Shown here: positions 48,215 through 60,169 of the stretch, piece by piece
Layout: each line of letters starts with the position of its first letter
How positions within the stretch are numbered: the stretch's first letter is position 1
Assembly (NCBI GenBank): GCA_023515795.1
Contig: JALGPX010000027.1
Location: 1-64,000, forward strand
Direction: 5' to 3'
DNA: 64,000 nucleotides
From: Amoeboaphelidium occidentale
Lineage: Eukaryota
Position numbers and translations under genes: made by a program
The notes under the pieces: generated by a model
Database searches by the model: none
Told to the model about the DNA's origin: nothing
The model's input: only the letters and a program-made list of their open reading frames with translations

Positions 48215-50342
48215 ATGTTTGAGACGCAAAACGACAGCGTCCCAGCAAATGGCCTTCCAATGGAAGAGCAGTTGCTGGGGAGACAAAGGGAGCCAAGTGC
48301 TTTATTGAGGCTCACAAAATTGACCGATAATGATTATAATTCAATGCAGTGGAAGAATGGTTTGGGAAGAACGCAAGAAATCTGGGTTGCACCAGAGGGA
48401 GCCGATTTTAAAGAATTGAATTTCAGATGGAGACTCAGCAAGGCGCATATCTCAAGCTCATGCTCGTTTTCATACTTTCCCGGTTACCAGAATACCATCG
48501 TTTTGCTGCCTTTTTCGAGCAAGTCAAGTGGAAATTTGGAACAGAGACAGTCATCGAATCCAGGGATATCACCCGTTCTGAATGCACAAAAGCTATCAAA
48601 GGACAGTTTGAACCAAATGTCAAGTACGATCAAGTTACGCCACTCTGAGGAATGTGTTACACATGTTTTAAAACCACTCGTTCCTTACACGTATCTCGGA
48701 AATTGGGCTACAAGCTGTGATATACCTCAACCTTGTTGGGATGTGACTTTTATGGCAAAGAAAGATTCTGTGCGCGGCGAAGTTTCAGTTGAGACAATTG
48801 AACATGAATTATCATTTCGTCGCCTCTGTCTTGTCAGTCAAGCAGTTATTTATGTGGTTCATGGCAAAATCAAGGTCATCATTGACGAGAAAGACGTTAT
48901 TGTTTCAGAAGGAGAAACTTTACTTATTGAGAAGAGCGGCTTAGCCTCGCCTCGTTGGATTGTAATTGATCATGTTCCGGAAAAGAGTTCTGTTTCAAGT
49001 AAGATTGTATTCATACAGGTACACGAGAATATCGATGATGAGAACTTTAAGAAGGTTACAAAGAGAGGGAGCATTATTTTGGATAAGGCTGAACCACTCC
49101 TTACTTTATTGCCAACTCTCAAAATTGAGGATATCTTGCCAGAAGGACAGCATGAATCTGTGTACTCTTTTCATGAGATACCAGCAACATCGTTTTACCA
49201 GCCTCCTCCATGGTCAATGAGATATCAGTCCGAGTCTGTTGTGCCTCCTGCTTCCGTTACAGATAGATTAGATATTGAAAAGTTTCCAAGAGGTACTGTG
49301 AGCTGTGTTTGGATCAGAATGATGAAGCAAGGTTTGAGCGACTGGATTTCTGTGCCATGTATCATAGCTAGAGGACAGCCAATGGGAGAGGAAGACGAAG
49401 TGGTTGGTATCACAGCCGCATTACACGGCAACGAAGTAAATGGTGTCAATAGTTTACAGAGACTTATGTCTGACTTGGACGTTTCGAAATTGAAAGGAAC
49501 TGTTGTAGCTGTTTTGTGTTTGAACATCCCTGGTTATTTGAATTTCAAAAGAGAATTCAGTGATGGAAGAGATTTGAATAGGCATTTCCCTGGTCGTCCT
49601 GAAGGATATACAAGTCAAGTTTACTGTCATTTAGTCATGGAAAAAATCATTCAACACTTCACTTATTTAATTGATTTGCATACAGCATCATTCGGTAGAG
49701 AAAACTCTTACTACGTTCGCGCAGATTTGAATCAGCCAAGATCAGCTTTAATGGCTCGTTTACAGCAACCTCAGATCATCTTACACAATAGTGGACAGGA
49801 TGGAACAATGAGATCTGCAGCAGCTGAAAAGGGTGTTCATGCTATAACAGTTGAAATTGGAAATCCTCAAACGTTTCAAGCGAAATTGATTCAATGGACT
49901 CAAGCTGGTATTTTGAATGTTTTGAACTCTCTTGGAATGTATCCATTAGATCACCCGATAATTGTTTCACCTGAAACAACTCCAGGAATTTTAACATCAC
50001 CTCCACATGACTCTAGCCAACCTAATGCTCCAGTTTTGTGCTCAAAAGGTTTTTGGGTTTACACAAGAACTGGAGGTGTTTTGGAAGTTTACCCAACTGT
50101 CAACACATTTGTTAAGAAGGGTCAACTTGTTGCTAGAGTAATGAATATTTTTGGTAACACTGTTGATGAATACACGGCTGCTTGCGACGCAATGGTTATT
50201 GGCAAGAGCTCAAACCCAGTAGCATCTTCAGGAGATAGGTAATCATTTCATTTTAACATTCTTACTTTGTAGAATTTTGCATTTAGGCATACCAATGCGC
50301 AGAGGAGAAGTACTGCCTCATGTCGCCAAAGAAAATTATTGA
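48215..50342 (+). CDS. HutD-like domain fused to an AstE/AspA (M14-type succinylglutamate desuccinylase-like) domain
   Basis: WKNGLGRTQEI..WRLS.A..FS.FPGY (HutD); AALHGNE, RDLNRHFPG, IDLHT and TVEIG. Intron 50239-50272. Confidence 0.85.
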
Positions 50343-50398
50343 AGTTTCTGTGAATAGATTTTCGTTGTGTCAAGTTCTTGTTTTAGAACGCAATTAGA

Positions 50399-51129
50399 AT
50401 GCCCACTCTTTTCATTACGGTTGGCTCAACGAAATTTGATAAACTTTCACTCTATGTGACCAGCAAAGAATTTTTATGCAGTTTGGCAGCTTATAATTTT
50501 GATGAGATTTGTATTCAGTATGGAAATGGAAATCTCTCTGACATTAAACAGTCCTGTGTGTTGGATGTGAATAGTAAAGAGGTGCTTTCAGACAGCTATA
50601 AGCAAGACGATTCTAATTCTAAGTATTTACGTGTTGAAATGTTCGACTATAAATCTTCAATTGAGTCTTACTTTGCTGAAGCAGATTTGATAATGTCACA
50701 CNNNNNNNNNNNNTCTCTGACATTGAACAGTCCTGTGTGTTGGATGTGAATAGTAAAGAGGTGCTTTCAGAGAGCTATAAGCAAGACGATTCTAATTCTA
50801 AGCATTTACGTGTTGAAATGTTCGACTATAAATCTTCAATTGAGTCTTACTTTGCTGAAGCAGATTTGATAATGTCACACGCCGGAAGCGGAACAATACT
50901 GGAAGCTTTGCGACTACGGAAAAGACTGTTAGTTATTGTTAATGATACTTTAATGGATAATCATCAAATAGAATTAGCCCAAGCAATGGAATCAGAAGGC
51001 TACTTGGTTAGCGCCACGGTTGATACGATACCTCTTAAACTCAAAGAGATTATCTCTGCAGCACTTAAAGATTTCCCTCAAATGGATGAGAATAAGTTTA
51101 CTCGGATTCTAGATGACATTTTCAAGTGA
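50399..51129 (+). CDS. ALG13: UDP-GlcNAc transferase catalytic subunit ALG13 (internal assembly duplication)
   Basis: FITVGSTKFD, IQYG, ADLIMSHAGSGTILEAL and VNDTLMDNHQ.ELA. Confidence 0.92.
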
Positions 51130-51185
51130 AGGTAATGAAGTTTCTGTGATAAAAATAGAGAATCATGACCGTTTGAGTTAGCAAA

Positions 51186-51848
51186 ATGAAACAATTCCTT
51201 CTTGCTGTAATCCTACCTTTACTTCTACTCTGTGGAATAGTATCTGGTCTGTCAAATACTGATACTGAATCGTCTTCTTCAAGTGTAGAGTCAAGCTCTT
51301 CATCATCAAGCACTTCATCAAGCAGCAGCAGTAGTGTCAGCGCATCAAAGACCACAACTGCAAATCCCAGCCCAATAGCAACAGGGGTTACTTGTATCGA
51401 TGATGATCACACTCTTCCTGATCTACTACCCAATATGACATTAAAGGCTGATGCTGATTGTGATCCTGGATGTTCTTCAATGGAATTCTGTGAAGCAAGA
51501 TGTTGGAACGGAAAAGGAGGAGAGTTTTGCTATTGTGCTAAATGTTACGAGAATTCTTTATACAGGAAACAGTGTGAATATCTCAAATCGAAATCTGAGT
51601 CTTACGATGACAGTGATTCTCAGATTTGCGTTTGCGATTACGCTGATAAGGACGATTCCAGACCACAGTGCTACACTATTGTTACATGGACAGGTGTTTA
51701 TAATCAAGCTGTTACATACGCTGTTCCAGTAAGTTTCTGGGCTTTAGTTGCAGGTGCTGTATATTATTTCTGTAAGAGGCGACAAGTAAATCGTGAGTAC
51801 AGAGAACTTCGTAATGAAACAATTCCATTGACAAATCAAAGGCGATGA
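51186..51848 (+). CDS. Type I membrane protein with a Ser-rich and Cys-rich ectodomain
   Basis: SP, poly-Ser, about 11 Cys, TM AVPVSFWALVAGAVYYFC and a basic tail. Confidence 0.75.
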   Translation: MKQFLLAVILPLLLLCGIVSGLSNTDTESSSSSVESSSSSSSTSSSSSSSVSASKTTTANPSPIATGVTCIDDDHTLPDLLPNMTLKADADCDPGCSSMEFCEARCWNGKGGEFCYCAKCYENSLYRKQCEYLKSKSESYDDSDSQICVCDYADKDDSRPQCYTIVTWTGVYNQAVTYAVPVSFWALVAGAVYYFCKRRQVNREYRELRNETIPLTNQRR

Positions 51849-51886
51849 TAGACAGCATATATTGCAATAGAAATAAAAGTAAAGCT

Positions 51887-54305
51887 CTACTTCCTGTTGC
51901 GAGCTACTTTTGCTTGTAAGACCTGAATTGCCAAGTGATCAGTTTTTGCGTATGGAACATTCTGTGCAGGCAAGACAAACTGGTAACCAGGTGGTAAAGT
52001 TCGAGGTCCAAATCTCTTACTCATCTCGTTTGCAATCCATTTTTCAATTTTAAGTTCCAGTGTCCTCTGCTTATCAAAGCGAGATGCGGCAAAGTAATTT
52101 TTGTCAGCGTATAAAAGTCTTCCAAGATGAGTAGTAGTTCTCGCATGAGTCAGGCATGCTTCTAATATTTCTTTAGCTGTTGGAATTTGTTTGGAAGGCC
52201 AGCCTCCATCTTGAATCGAATGCGATACAACTGGAGCTAGTGGATTTGGAGATCTTGGTAAACTCTCATCATCTGACAATTCTTCGGCTAGGTATGGCGT
52301 CATTGTAGAGGACAGAGCTTTATCCAATGCTTGTTCTTTGAGTTTCCTTGCAACAACAGCAGGCTGTGCAGACTTATTCTTTGCAAAGTCCTGCCAATTA
52401 CTATAATCTTCTAATCCATGAATAAGTTTCGGCCTCGGAAATACTTGAACAGGATCAAGAGTGTCACCTAGAACAATGAGCTTACATACAAAAAAACAGC
52501 TTACCTAAGCCATCAGTAGTGAATATCACAAAATCATTTGCATTCATCAATAATTGACCGAAATGAATATTGTTCATATGAGAGTAGAATTCTGAAAATT
52601 CATCTCTTGTTGGTTCAAAGTCTTCACTCTTGGCTTCCACAGCTTTCTTTGCCATGTACTCTTTTCTTTGTTTCACATACTCTGGCCATAAACAAGCACC
52701 CCAAATTCTTTTCGTATCACCATGAGACCTTCCTATTCCGCCAGGTGTGTAAGAACTATTCAGTCTGATAGAGTCAGATGCGGATGGAGGATGCACCATC
52801 GACTGCCATTGCTCAGTGCGAGGCGAATAATGAAACCCCTCAGCATCGCCGGCAATTAAATAGTTACAAACGAATATATCACTACCAGGAGGAAATCTGT
52901 CATTAAAATGCGAGGATTCTCGCAATTTATCGAAGCTTGTTCTAAACGATTGATCCAACGTCGTAATGGCATAAAGAGCAACAGTTGAAGCACCAGCTTC
53001 ATCGCAATCTGATATCAATTCTTGTGAAAACTTGCAGACTTTCTTCAGAAACATCATCGCATCATGACTAGATCGCCATGGCCTATTACTCAAATAGAAA
53101 GGAGTGTATTTGCCTGATAATTCATGATCAGCTACTTCTTGCGAAGGCGATTGAGTAGCCATTTCATATAAAACACTAAGAATAATATTAGCAGCAAGTC
53201 TAGCATGAAGCCCGGCTCCACTTCCATCAACTGTGCCTCCGATAACAAAACCATTTCCAATAATACAAAGATATCCATCATTATTAGGATCATTCAATAA
53301 TTCAAATTCCTCAAATTCTTCCAGTTTCTCTGGTACAGGCTCTGTATCGTTTATGACTTTGACTTCGCCATTCAACTTGTTCTTAATAAGCAAAGGATAT
53401 GTAGCAGTCAAACAACCAGAATAAAGGCCATTGTAGTCATCAATTACAATTGTCCCATAGTTCGTGTCGTTAGAACTCAAGTTTACAAACTGTCGAAAGA
53501 TTCTGTTGAGTTCAGATAAAACATTTCCGTCTTTATGCAAAGTTCGAACATCATACCGTGAATCCTTAGGATGCCTCTTAACAATGAATTCATTAACAAC
53601 TTCTTCAGTGACTCGAATCTCCAATAAATCCAACGAAGGAAGATAATCCAAAGCTGGCGATGTAACAATCAAACGCTGCGAGAATATCAAATCAGCGAAT
53701 TGTGGTATCAATTTCAACTGTAAATCCGTCATTAGAAACTCGCAATGCATTCTGTACTCAAAGCACAGTAGAACGAGTAATTGGTAAATCATAAATACTT
53801 GTTGTTCCAGCTGGATTCGATACTTCAATCTCTTTTGATCTTGAGTGCTAGGCTGTCCTACTGCTCCAACAGATGCCCTGGTGTTTGGAAAGTTAATAGG
53901 TTCACCTGTAGTAGAATGCACAGTAGAGAATCTCTGCAGTGCCAATTCTGGACCTGTAAAAGGCCTGAATCCAGAACCTGAAGCAAGATCTTTGTAAAGC
54001 ACTCTGTACTCTGTCAAATACTCATCCAATAAAGATTCCAGTTCCTTAAGAATCTGCTTACACCGCTGCTCCGGAGAATTAAAGAGATTTGTCAGAGGAT
54101 TAATGATAATCTTTTGCAACAGATTCTGTTCAGCAGCTTTACTTGGTGGACTTAGAAGAGCCGGGACTTTAATATGAAACTTGTGCTTATCCAATTCCTT
54201 TGCAGCAGAAGATGCCACATAAATCGTTGAGTTGATTTTCTTGTTTAATTGGATAAGTTTGTTCATTTTGTGAAAGAATTTGATTTTTGTTTGAGCAAGC
54301 CACAT
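51887..54305 (-). CDS. PP2C/PPM-like phosphatase-domain protein
   Basis: VDGSG.G..ARLAA, GAST, AGDAE, TTDGL|GDTLDP (intron 52468-52504) and KTDH. The start codon is uncertain. Confidence 0.7.
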
Positions 54306-54385
54306 GGATCCGTGCTTTCTCACAATGAATTGTTTCAACAGAGATACATAAAAACTTTGTGTGATATTTAGAAATTATATTGTAA

Positions 54386-54580
54386 TTATTCTTCCTCTTC
54401 ACCACCATCATCTCCTTCATCTTCACCTCCGTCGTCATCACCGCCATCATCACCATCCTCGTCATTGATTGCGCCTCCACCATCTTGTCTCTTGTTCAAG
54501 CGTTTGCGTTTTGGATAAGGCGCAGCAGAAGCAATTGCAATTAATAAAGCTATAAGTAAAAGTATCAAAGAAATTCTCAT
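54386..54580 (-). CDS. Small secreted acidic peptide precursor
   Basis: SP, dibasic KR sites, and a D/E/G-rich C-terminus. Confidence 0.6.
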   Translation of the reverse strand: MRISLILLLIALLIAIASAAPYPKRKRLNKRQDGGGAINDEDGDDGGDDDGGEDEGDDGGEEEE

Positions 54581-54765
54581 TTTGTTGAAGCTAAGAGGGG
54601 AATCTCTAGCAATTGGAACATGATCGCATTGATTTGTTTAAACTCCAAATCTTGGATCAATCAGATTCCAGCATCTAGGTTGCGGCTAGAAAACATCGAA
54701 ACAGCTCAGAAGAAGTTGGTAAGTATACATCCTGATTAACAGGTTTGGCATTTTAATTCTCCGCA

Positions 54766-55849
54766 ATGACACAGATTGAAACTGTCGTATCTGCTCCAGG
54801 AAAAGTTTTACTGACTGGAGCATATTTAATTCTGGACCCGCAGTACCGTGGCCTGGTGCTTCCATTATCTGCAAGAATTAAAGTCACTGTTAAGCCGAGA
54901 TCTGATGGAACATCTACAATAGTAAGAACGCGGTATGGAGATCGAGAATACGAGCAAGGCACTTTAAGTAATATCTCGCCCTCCAAGGAACCAAATCCTT
55001 TTGTGGATACTTGTATGAAGTATCTTTACCAGAAAGCTTTAGATGTTACAATTGAAGGTGATGAATTGTTTTACAGAAAGGGCAAGACTGGATTAGGAAG
55101 TTCTGCTGCTGTTACGACTGCATTGTGTGCCGCGTTAATGATACACTCTGGTTGCGAAGATTACGATGAAATACATCGAATGTCTCAGTTTGTTCATTTC
55201 AAAGCACAGGGCGTAGGTTCTGGTTTTGATGTTGCATCCGCTGTTTACGGTTCGATTCTTTACAGACGCGGCGCATGGACAAAAGAAACTGAACTAGAAG
55301 ATTTCAACTGCGATTGTGAAACGCAGCAGATACAACTGGATGGAGTTTCTGTCATAATGATCACTCAAAGTGGAGGGACAAGTACTCCGCATATGGTAAA
55401 GAAGGTTCTAGAATGGAAATCTCAGAATCCTTCAAAAGCACAGGAATTATGGTCTCAGTTGAATGCAGCAAATGACCGTATCTCTGAGCTTTTGATAAGC
55501 AACAAGAATTCTGTTGAAGAAGTTCGTGCAGAATACGCCAAAGTCAGAAGAGCGTTTCAAGTTATCGGCGATCTTGCTGGAGTTGGTATCGAACCACAAG
55601 AAATAAGAGACACATTAGACAATCTGAACAAACACGATGGTGTTCTTATGGCAGGAGTTCCAGGCGCAGGAGGAAGTGTAAGTCTACTTGATCCTCATGT
55701 ATGTTTACTTTTAGGATGCGTTGTTTTGCTTGGTGTTAACACAATACAAGAATCAGTTACTAGATCATATCAAAAGTCTTGGATTGTCTGTATTGCTTGT
55801 GAATGATTACGATAAGAATACAAATTACGGACTTCTAATAAAGAAATAA
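54766..55849 (+). CDS. ERG8: Phosphomevalonate kinase
   Basis: SAPGKVLLTGAYLILD, KTGLGSSAA, GSGFDVASAVYGS, STPHMVKKV and GVPGAGGS|DA (intron 55678-55714). Confidence 0.92.
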
Positions 55850-55877
55850 CTGATCTTTTCCAGCTTGTTTCGTAAGA

Positions 55878-56714
55878 ATGAGGAAGTCAAAGAAGGATTG
55901 GACCATAAAGCGAACTGATAACAACACTCTTATCTCTCGTTCTGATAATTCTGACTTATTGAAAGCGGAAGTACAAGAAAGATTTTATAATGATCTACTA
56001 AAGGAATACACTTCGGAGTTAAAAAGCCCTTCCAGTTCGATTCCTTCTAAAATTCTATTAAACAGCCGGAAGTTAAGAGAAGCTCTGATAGCCACAAGAA
56101 GATGCGATCATGTCGCATTGAACGGGTTCGTGCTTTGCGTTGATATTTACTTGACTTCTGTTAAAAGAGGTTGCGCAATAGTTTCCAAAGGAAATATGGA
56201 AAATGACGGAAGAGTGTTTTACACTTTAATCGAATACTTTTACTTTGAAGTTGCTTTGGGCTCAGCTGGAGTTGACAATGAAGGTACTTTGAAAGATGCT
56301 AGATGGTCACAGTATTTGGAATTGTACTTTCTGTTTCTACTGAATCGCTGCATATTGGGACAGTTGAGTTTTGCTGCAGTAATTGAGTTTGCGATCAAAC
56401 TGAAAGTACTAAATAGTCCGCATAATCTGCAGCCATGTTGGGCATTGTTGAAGTGCTATCTCAGGAATGATCATGTCAAGTTTTACGTGCATCTATCCAA
56501 ATTTGAAGGAAGATATCTTCTGGAAGACAGCCTTACTCAAATAAGATCGAAGCAGTTGGGTAATTACAAGAAGAGCTATATGAAATTAGAAATTTCTGTT
56601 TTGAAAAAGTTTATGGGTTTTGCTTCTGACAGCGAGACTGAATCATTTGCCACAGAACACGGGATAACTGTAGAAGATGGCACTGCAGTATTCAAGCAAA
56701 TGAAGAAGACGTGA
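55878..56714 (+). CDS. PCI (SAC3/GANP/THP3-like) domain protein
   Basis: RKLREALIATRR.D and a C-terminal winged-helix-like KSY.KL....LKKFMGF.S..E...F. Confidence 0.55.
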   Translation: MRKSKKDWTIKRTDNNTLISRSDNSDLLKAEVQERFYNDLLKEYTSELKSPSSSIPSKILLNSRKLREALIATRRCDHVALNGFVLCVDIYLTSVKRGCAIVSKGNMENDGRVFYTLIEYFYFEVALGSAGVDNEGTLKDARWSQYLELYFLFLLNRCILGQLSFAAVIEFAIKLKVLNSPHNLQPCWALLKCYLRNDHVKFYVHLSKFEGRYLLEDSLTQIRSKQLGNYKKSYMKLEISVLKKFMGFASDSETESFATEHGITVEDGTAVFKQMKKT

Positions 56715-56907
56715 CATCTTGCATTTCTATATGCCATGTGATGTCTGATTTTATGATGTACTACTAGAGGTTTCAGAAAATCACAAATTGTCACATGATG
56801 CTCAATCACCATTGGTCAGGTGGCGAAACACCAAACGATAAGGGGTTACATTCAGTTTTGGCCATATAAAAGCCGATTGGTTTTTAGTTTTTCTCGTTAC
56901 TGACTGA

Positions 56908-57492
56908 ATGCATACCGAGATTCAAGCTGCTATATCTTTCCTAACGCTTCTTATTAAACCTCTTAGTCTTTCTGAAGCAAAGCTGAATCTGTTTCAAGAG
57001 ACATTGAGGCAGAGCTTAGAAACACGCTATTCAATTTGCTGGTATCCTGAAGATCCACTAAGAGGCAGTGCATATCGTGCTCTGACAACATTTCATGGAG
57101 AATTGGATCAGTCTATTCAAGAGGCTGTCACAGCTGTTGATCATTCGCGAAAAGCCGTAGAACGCTGTTTGCCGCGTGACTTTGTAATATGGGTAGATCA
57201 CGGGGAAGTATCGTACAGATTAGGGGACAAGGGCTCTGTTTGTGTGATTTACGATGCAAACAAGAATGTTGTCGAACTGAAAGAACCAAAAGTAAAGAAT
57301 GGCGGTAACAACTCGGGAAATTCTTTATCAAACAATATCACAAGCAGAAAAGTATCTATTCAAGAAGCAAATGGAAACAATAGGAAGGGACAGAAGACAC
57401 CAGAGAAGGCTGCAGTTAAGATGGCGAAGAAGAAGAAGGTTCAGATCACTTCGCCTGTCGCGCATAATGTCACAGCAGCAGTTGTATGCTAA
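56908..57492 (+). CDS. BTG/Tob family protein
   Basis: MHTEIQAAISFL, WYPEDPLRGSAYR (box A) and LPRDFVIWVDHGEVSYRLG (box B). Confidence 0.9.
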   Translation: MHTEIQAAISFLTLLIKPLSLSEAKLNLFQETLRQSLETRYSICWYPEDPLRGSAYRALTTFHGELDQSIQEAVTAVDHSRKAVERCLPRDFVIWVDHGEVSYRLGDKGSVCVIYDANKNVVELKEPKVKNGGNNSGNSLSNNITSRKVSIQEANGNNRKGQKTPEKAAVKMAKKKKVQITSPVAHNVTAAVVC

Positions 57493-57760
57493 GGCACAGG
57501 TGTTGAGCCCTAATAAAGTTTTTAAGATAACCTGTTTCAATCACCACAATCTGAGTTCGATCGGCGGAGGCGTGCATGAGCTAAGCCACATTCGCCATCT
57601 GAAAATTGGCACGTTTTGTTCGTCACGATTACTTAACTATGCGGATATTTTGGNNNNNNNNNNNNNNNNNNNNNGAGTTCGATCGGCGGAGGCGTGCAGG
57701 AGCTAAGCCACATTCGCCATCTGAAAATTGGCACGTTTTGTTCGTCACGATTACTTAACT

Positions 57761-58996
57761 ATGCGGATATTTTGGCTGCTGGCCTGCCTTTTATCTGCAT
57801 CTGCGACTGCTCAGAATTTCATTTTCTCTCAGAGGGTGTTTCTTGGGACAGAGAACCGAGTTCTTGTCTGCTTTCCACTAAAGAAACATTACGCAGGCGC
57901 GACTTTGCGACTCCAATACTCCGATGGCACTTTTATTGTCTTGAAGAAGTATCCGGCTGTTAACTTGAGGAGCTTGAAGGAGTTTGAGATTGATTATGTT
58001 GTCACTGAAGAAGAACTTTGTTACAGGTCCTTGTTCTTAATGGATCGCGTTGGAAGGTACAATTTCATGTTCACTCTGGAACCGCCGGATGAAATGGCGT
58101 ATGCCTCAGACGTATTTGAAGTGATAAATTACGCTTCACCTTTGTATGATATACCTCCCGCAAAGTTCCGGAATGTTGAAGCATCGCAATCTCAAGATGT
58201 TCTTGAAGTGAATGATATTTTGGCCTCAACAGCCGCAGTTGATATGGAGGTGCTTAAGGTGGATAAGAATGTCGAAATAGTTCGTGTGCGTGTTAAATCT
58301 TTGATAGAAGACATTTATCGCTTGCAAATTGAAACATTGGCGAATTCTAATCATTTGACAGCATATCCCTTCTTCCTAGATGTAGATTTTCTCAGGCGAA
58401 AGGTGAAAGAGTACTCTTCATACAGTTGGTATGTGAAGATGGCTGAGTTTATCAAGTTCAGAGAATTTGTCATGGCTGAAATAGTGTTGAGCAGAACTCT
58501 AAGTTTTAGGTTAGACGAACTTTCCATCACGCGGGAACAAAAGCTCATACACAGGGCTACATTATCATCTTCTTTCTTTTCTATTGCTTTCAGTCAAGTA
58601 TCTGTGCTTTCATCTCTGAAACCTTCAGATTGTTTACGTTCAAACAGTTTCGCTCATGGAAGTATAAGACAGAGGGGCAGCTCAACATATCAAGATAAAT
58701 TGGTTCTAACTGGGAATGAAAGTCAGTCCGTCTCAAATTACATCTTGCTAAGCAAAGATCAAGTTCAGTTGGTATGGCCCTCAGCAGAGTATGAGTGTGA
58801 TTTGTTTGTGACTTCAGCATCGAATACCAAAGAAAGAATGCTGAAGCGGAAAGGCTTGTATCCCGCAAAATTGGAAGGCAAGCATCTTGTTACAATCAGT
58901 TCCATGAATCCTAATGAACTGTCTGGAACAGTTCTTCGACGCTTGGTCTGTTTGAAAGATGGACAAGTAACTTTGATGGTAATTTTTGCTATTTGA
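57761..58996 (+). CDS. Secreted hypothetical protein
   Basis: SP MRIFWLLACLLSASATA; ~411-aa ORF. Confidence 0.65.
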   Translation: MRIFWLLACLLSASATAQNFIFSQRVFLGTENRVLVCFPLKKHYAGATLRLQYSDGTFIVLKKYPAVNLRSLKEFEIDYVVTEEELCYRSLFLMDRVGRYNFMFTLEPPDEMAYASDVFEVINYASPLYDIPPAKFRNVEASQSQDVLEVNDILASTAAVDMEVLKVDKNVEIVRVRVKSLIEDIYRLQIETLANSNHLTAYPFFLDVDFLRRKVKEYSSYSWYVKMAEFIKFREFVMAEIVLSRTLSFRLDELSITREQKLIHRATLSSSFFSIAFSQVSVLSSLKPSDCLRSNSFAHGSIRQRGSSTYQDKLVLTGNESQSVSNYILLSKDQVQLVWPSAEYECDLFVTSASNTKERMLKRKGLYPAKLEGKHLVTISSMNPNELSGTVLRRLVCLKDGQVTLMVIFAI

Positions 58997-59145
58997 AATC
59001 TCTCATAACTATTTAGTCTGCTCCATTTATTCTAGCCAATGATAGAAGCTTCTTCCCTGAAGATCTTTGTTTTTATGAGGAAATGGTGTCTCGTTCCAAG
59101 TTGGAGGTCAGAAAGGCGGAATAGAATTGAATTTTCATAATGCGT

Positions 59146-60027
59146 CTATTTATTGAACTTCAATGAAACGATCTTGTCATTGAGCCTTCCGAGCTGATAG
59201 TCAAATATGTGTTTGTGATAGCCAAAAACAACTTTTCTTAAATCAATACGTTTCTCAGCAGCTTCGCGTAATGCATATTTTAGAAAATCGAACAACTCAA
59301 ACGCTGACTGGTCAAAATCTTCATAATCAAAGAAGAACTTTGGGTGGGTAGTCATAATATCAATATACTCGTTTGCATCGAAAGGTGTAATTTCGATTCC
59401 ATTGCTACCGTGCTTGAAAGTACTGCCGTGTGCAGTTGTGATTGTCATGGTGTTTGCGTTGAAATTGTCCTTTTGATCATCAATGAGGATTATTTGACTA
59501 AGATCTACACAGAACACAGACAAGTCTTTGCCCTTCATATCAGGATAAGTCTCACGGTATATCCTACGATCTTCAGGAAAATACTTGTCGAGTTTCAATG
59601 CTGAAATCGCTCTATCTGCAAACGTTTTCGTGGCCATTGTGAATGCAGCGAGATCGTAGTATTCAACCATACTGTCCAAGAAATTTTGAATACCAGGTCT
59701 CAACACCAACATGCACTTAAAAACATCTTCGTCTTCTTCATCATCATCTTCATCTTTTTCCTTATCTTCTTTTGCAGGGGGAAACGATAACTCAATTGCA
59801 TTACCTAAGAACTTCTTGTACGTTTTAATACTGTATTTGGGCTTTGCACAGTCATAAACAGTGTTGTCCAAATCCATCACCAAGATAGGTTTCTTAATAG
59901 CAGGATTACTATCAAGAGCTGATCTTTCAAAGAGAGGTTCGCATTCAACCTTGTTCACGCGAGTAGGGACAGCACATATCGAAGAACCGAAAATGAGAAC
60001 TAAAGTGTAAATAGTAGAAGCAAGCAT
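59146..60027 (-). CDS. Secreted FCP1/NIF-family HAD phosphatase
   Basis: SP MLASTIYTLVLIFGSSICA; LVMDLDNT, LRPG..FL, FTMA, KDLS and IILIDD. Confidence 0.8.
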   Translation of the reverse strand: MLASTIYTLVLIFGSSICAVPTRVNKVECEPLFERSALDSNPAIKKPILVMDLDNTVYDCAKPKYSIKTYKKFLGNAIELSFPPAKEDKEKDEDDDEEDEDVFKCMLVLRPGIQNFLDSMVEYYDLAAFTMATKTFADRAISALKLDKYFPEDRRIYRETYPDMKGKDLSVFCVDLSQIILIDDQKDNFNANTMTITTAHGSTFKHGSNGIEITPFDANEYIDIMTTHPKFFFDYEDFDQSAFELFDFLKYALREAAEKRIDLRKVVFGYHKHIFDYQLGRLNDKIVSLKFNK

Positions 60028-60169
60028 TTGTGAAAAACGCGTGTGAAATTATTGTGCTTTGCTAGGGGTCAAAATTTGAAACTCAGCCCGATCGGCAAGA
60101 AAGGGGCAGATCTTGGTAAAGTTTCTCATGACGCAAAGTTTCAAAGGATTCTATAATCAAAATTTCAAT

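Noticed and set aside
41140..60115. GATC clusters in several intergenic gaps as a promoter motif
   Set aside because: A 4-mer is too frequent to judge by eye; it needs an enrichment test.
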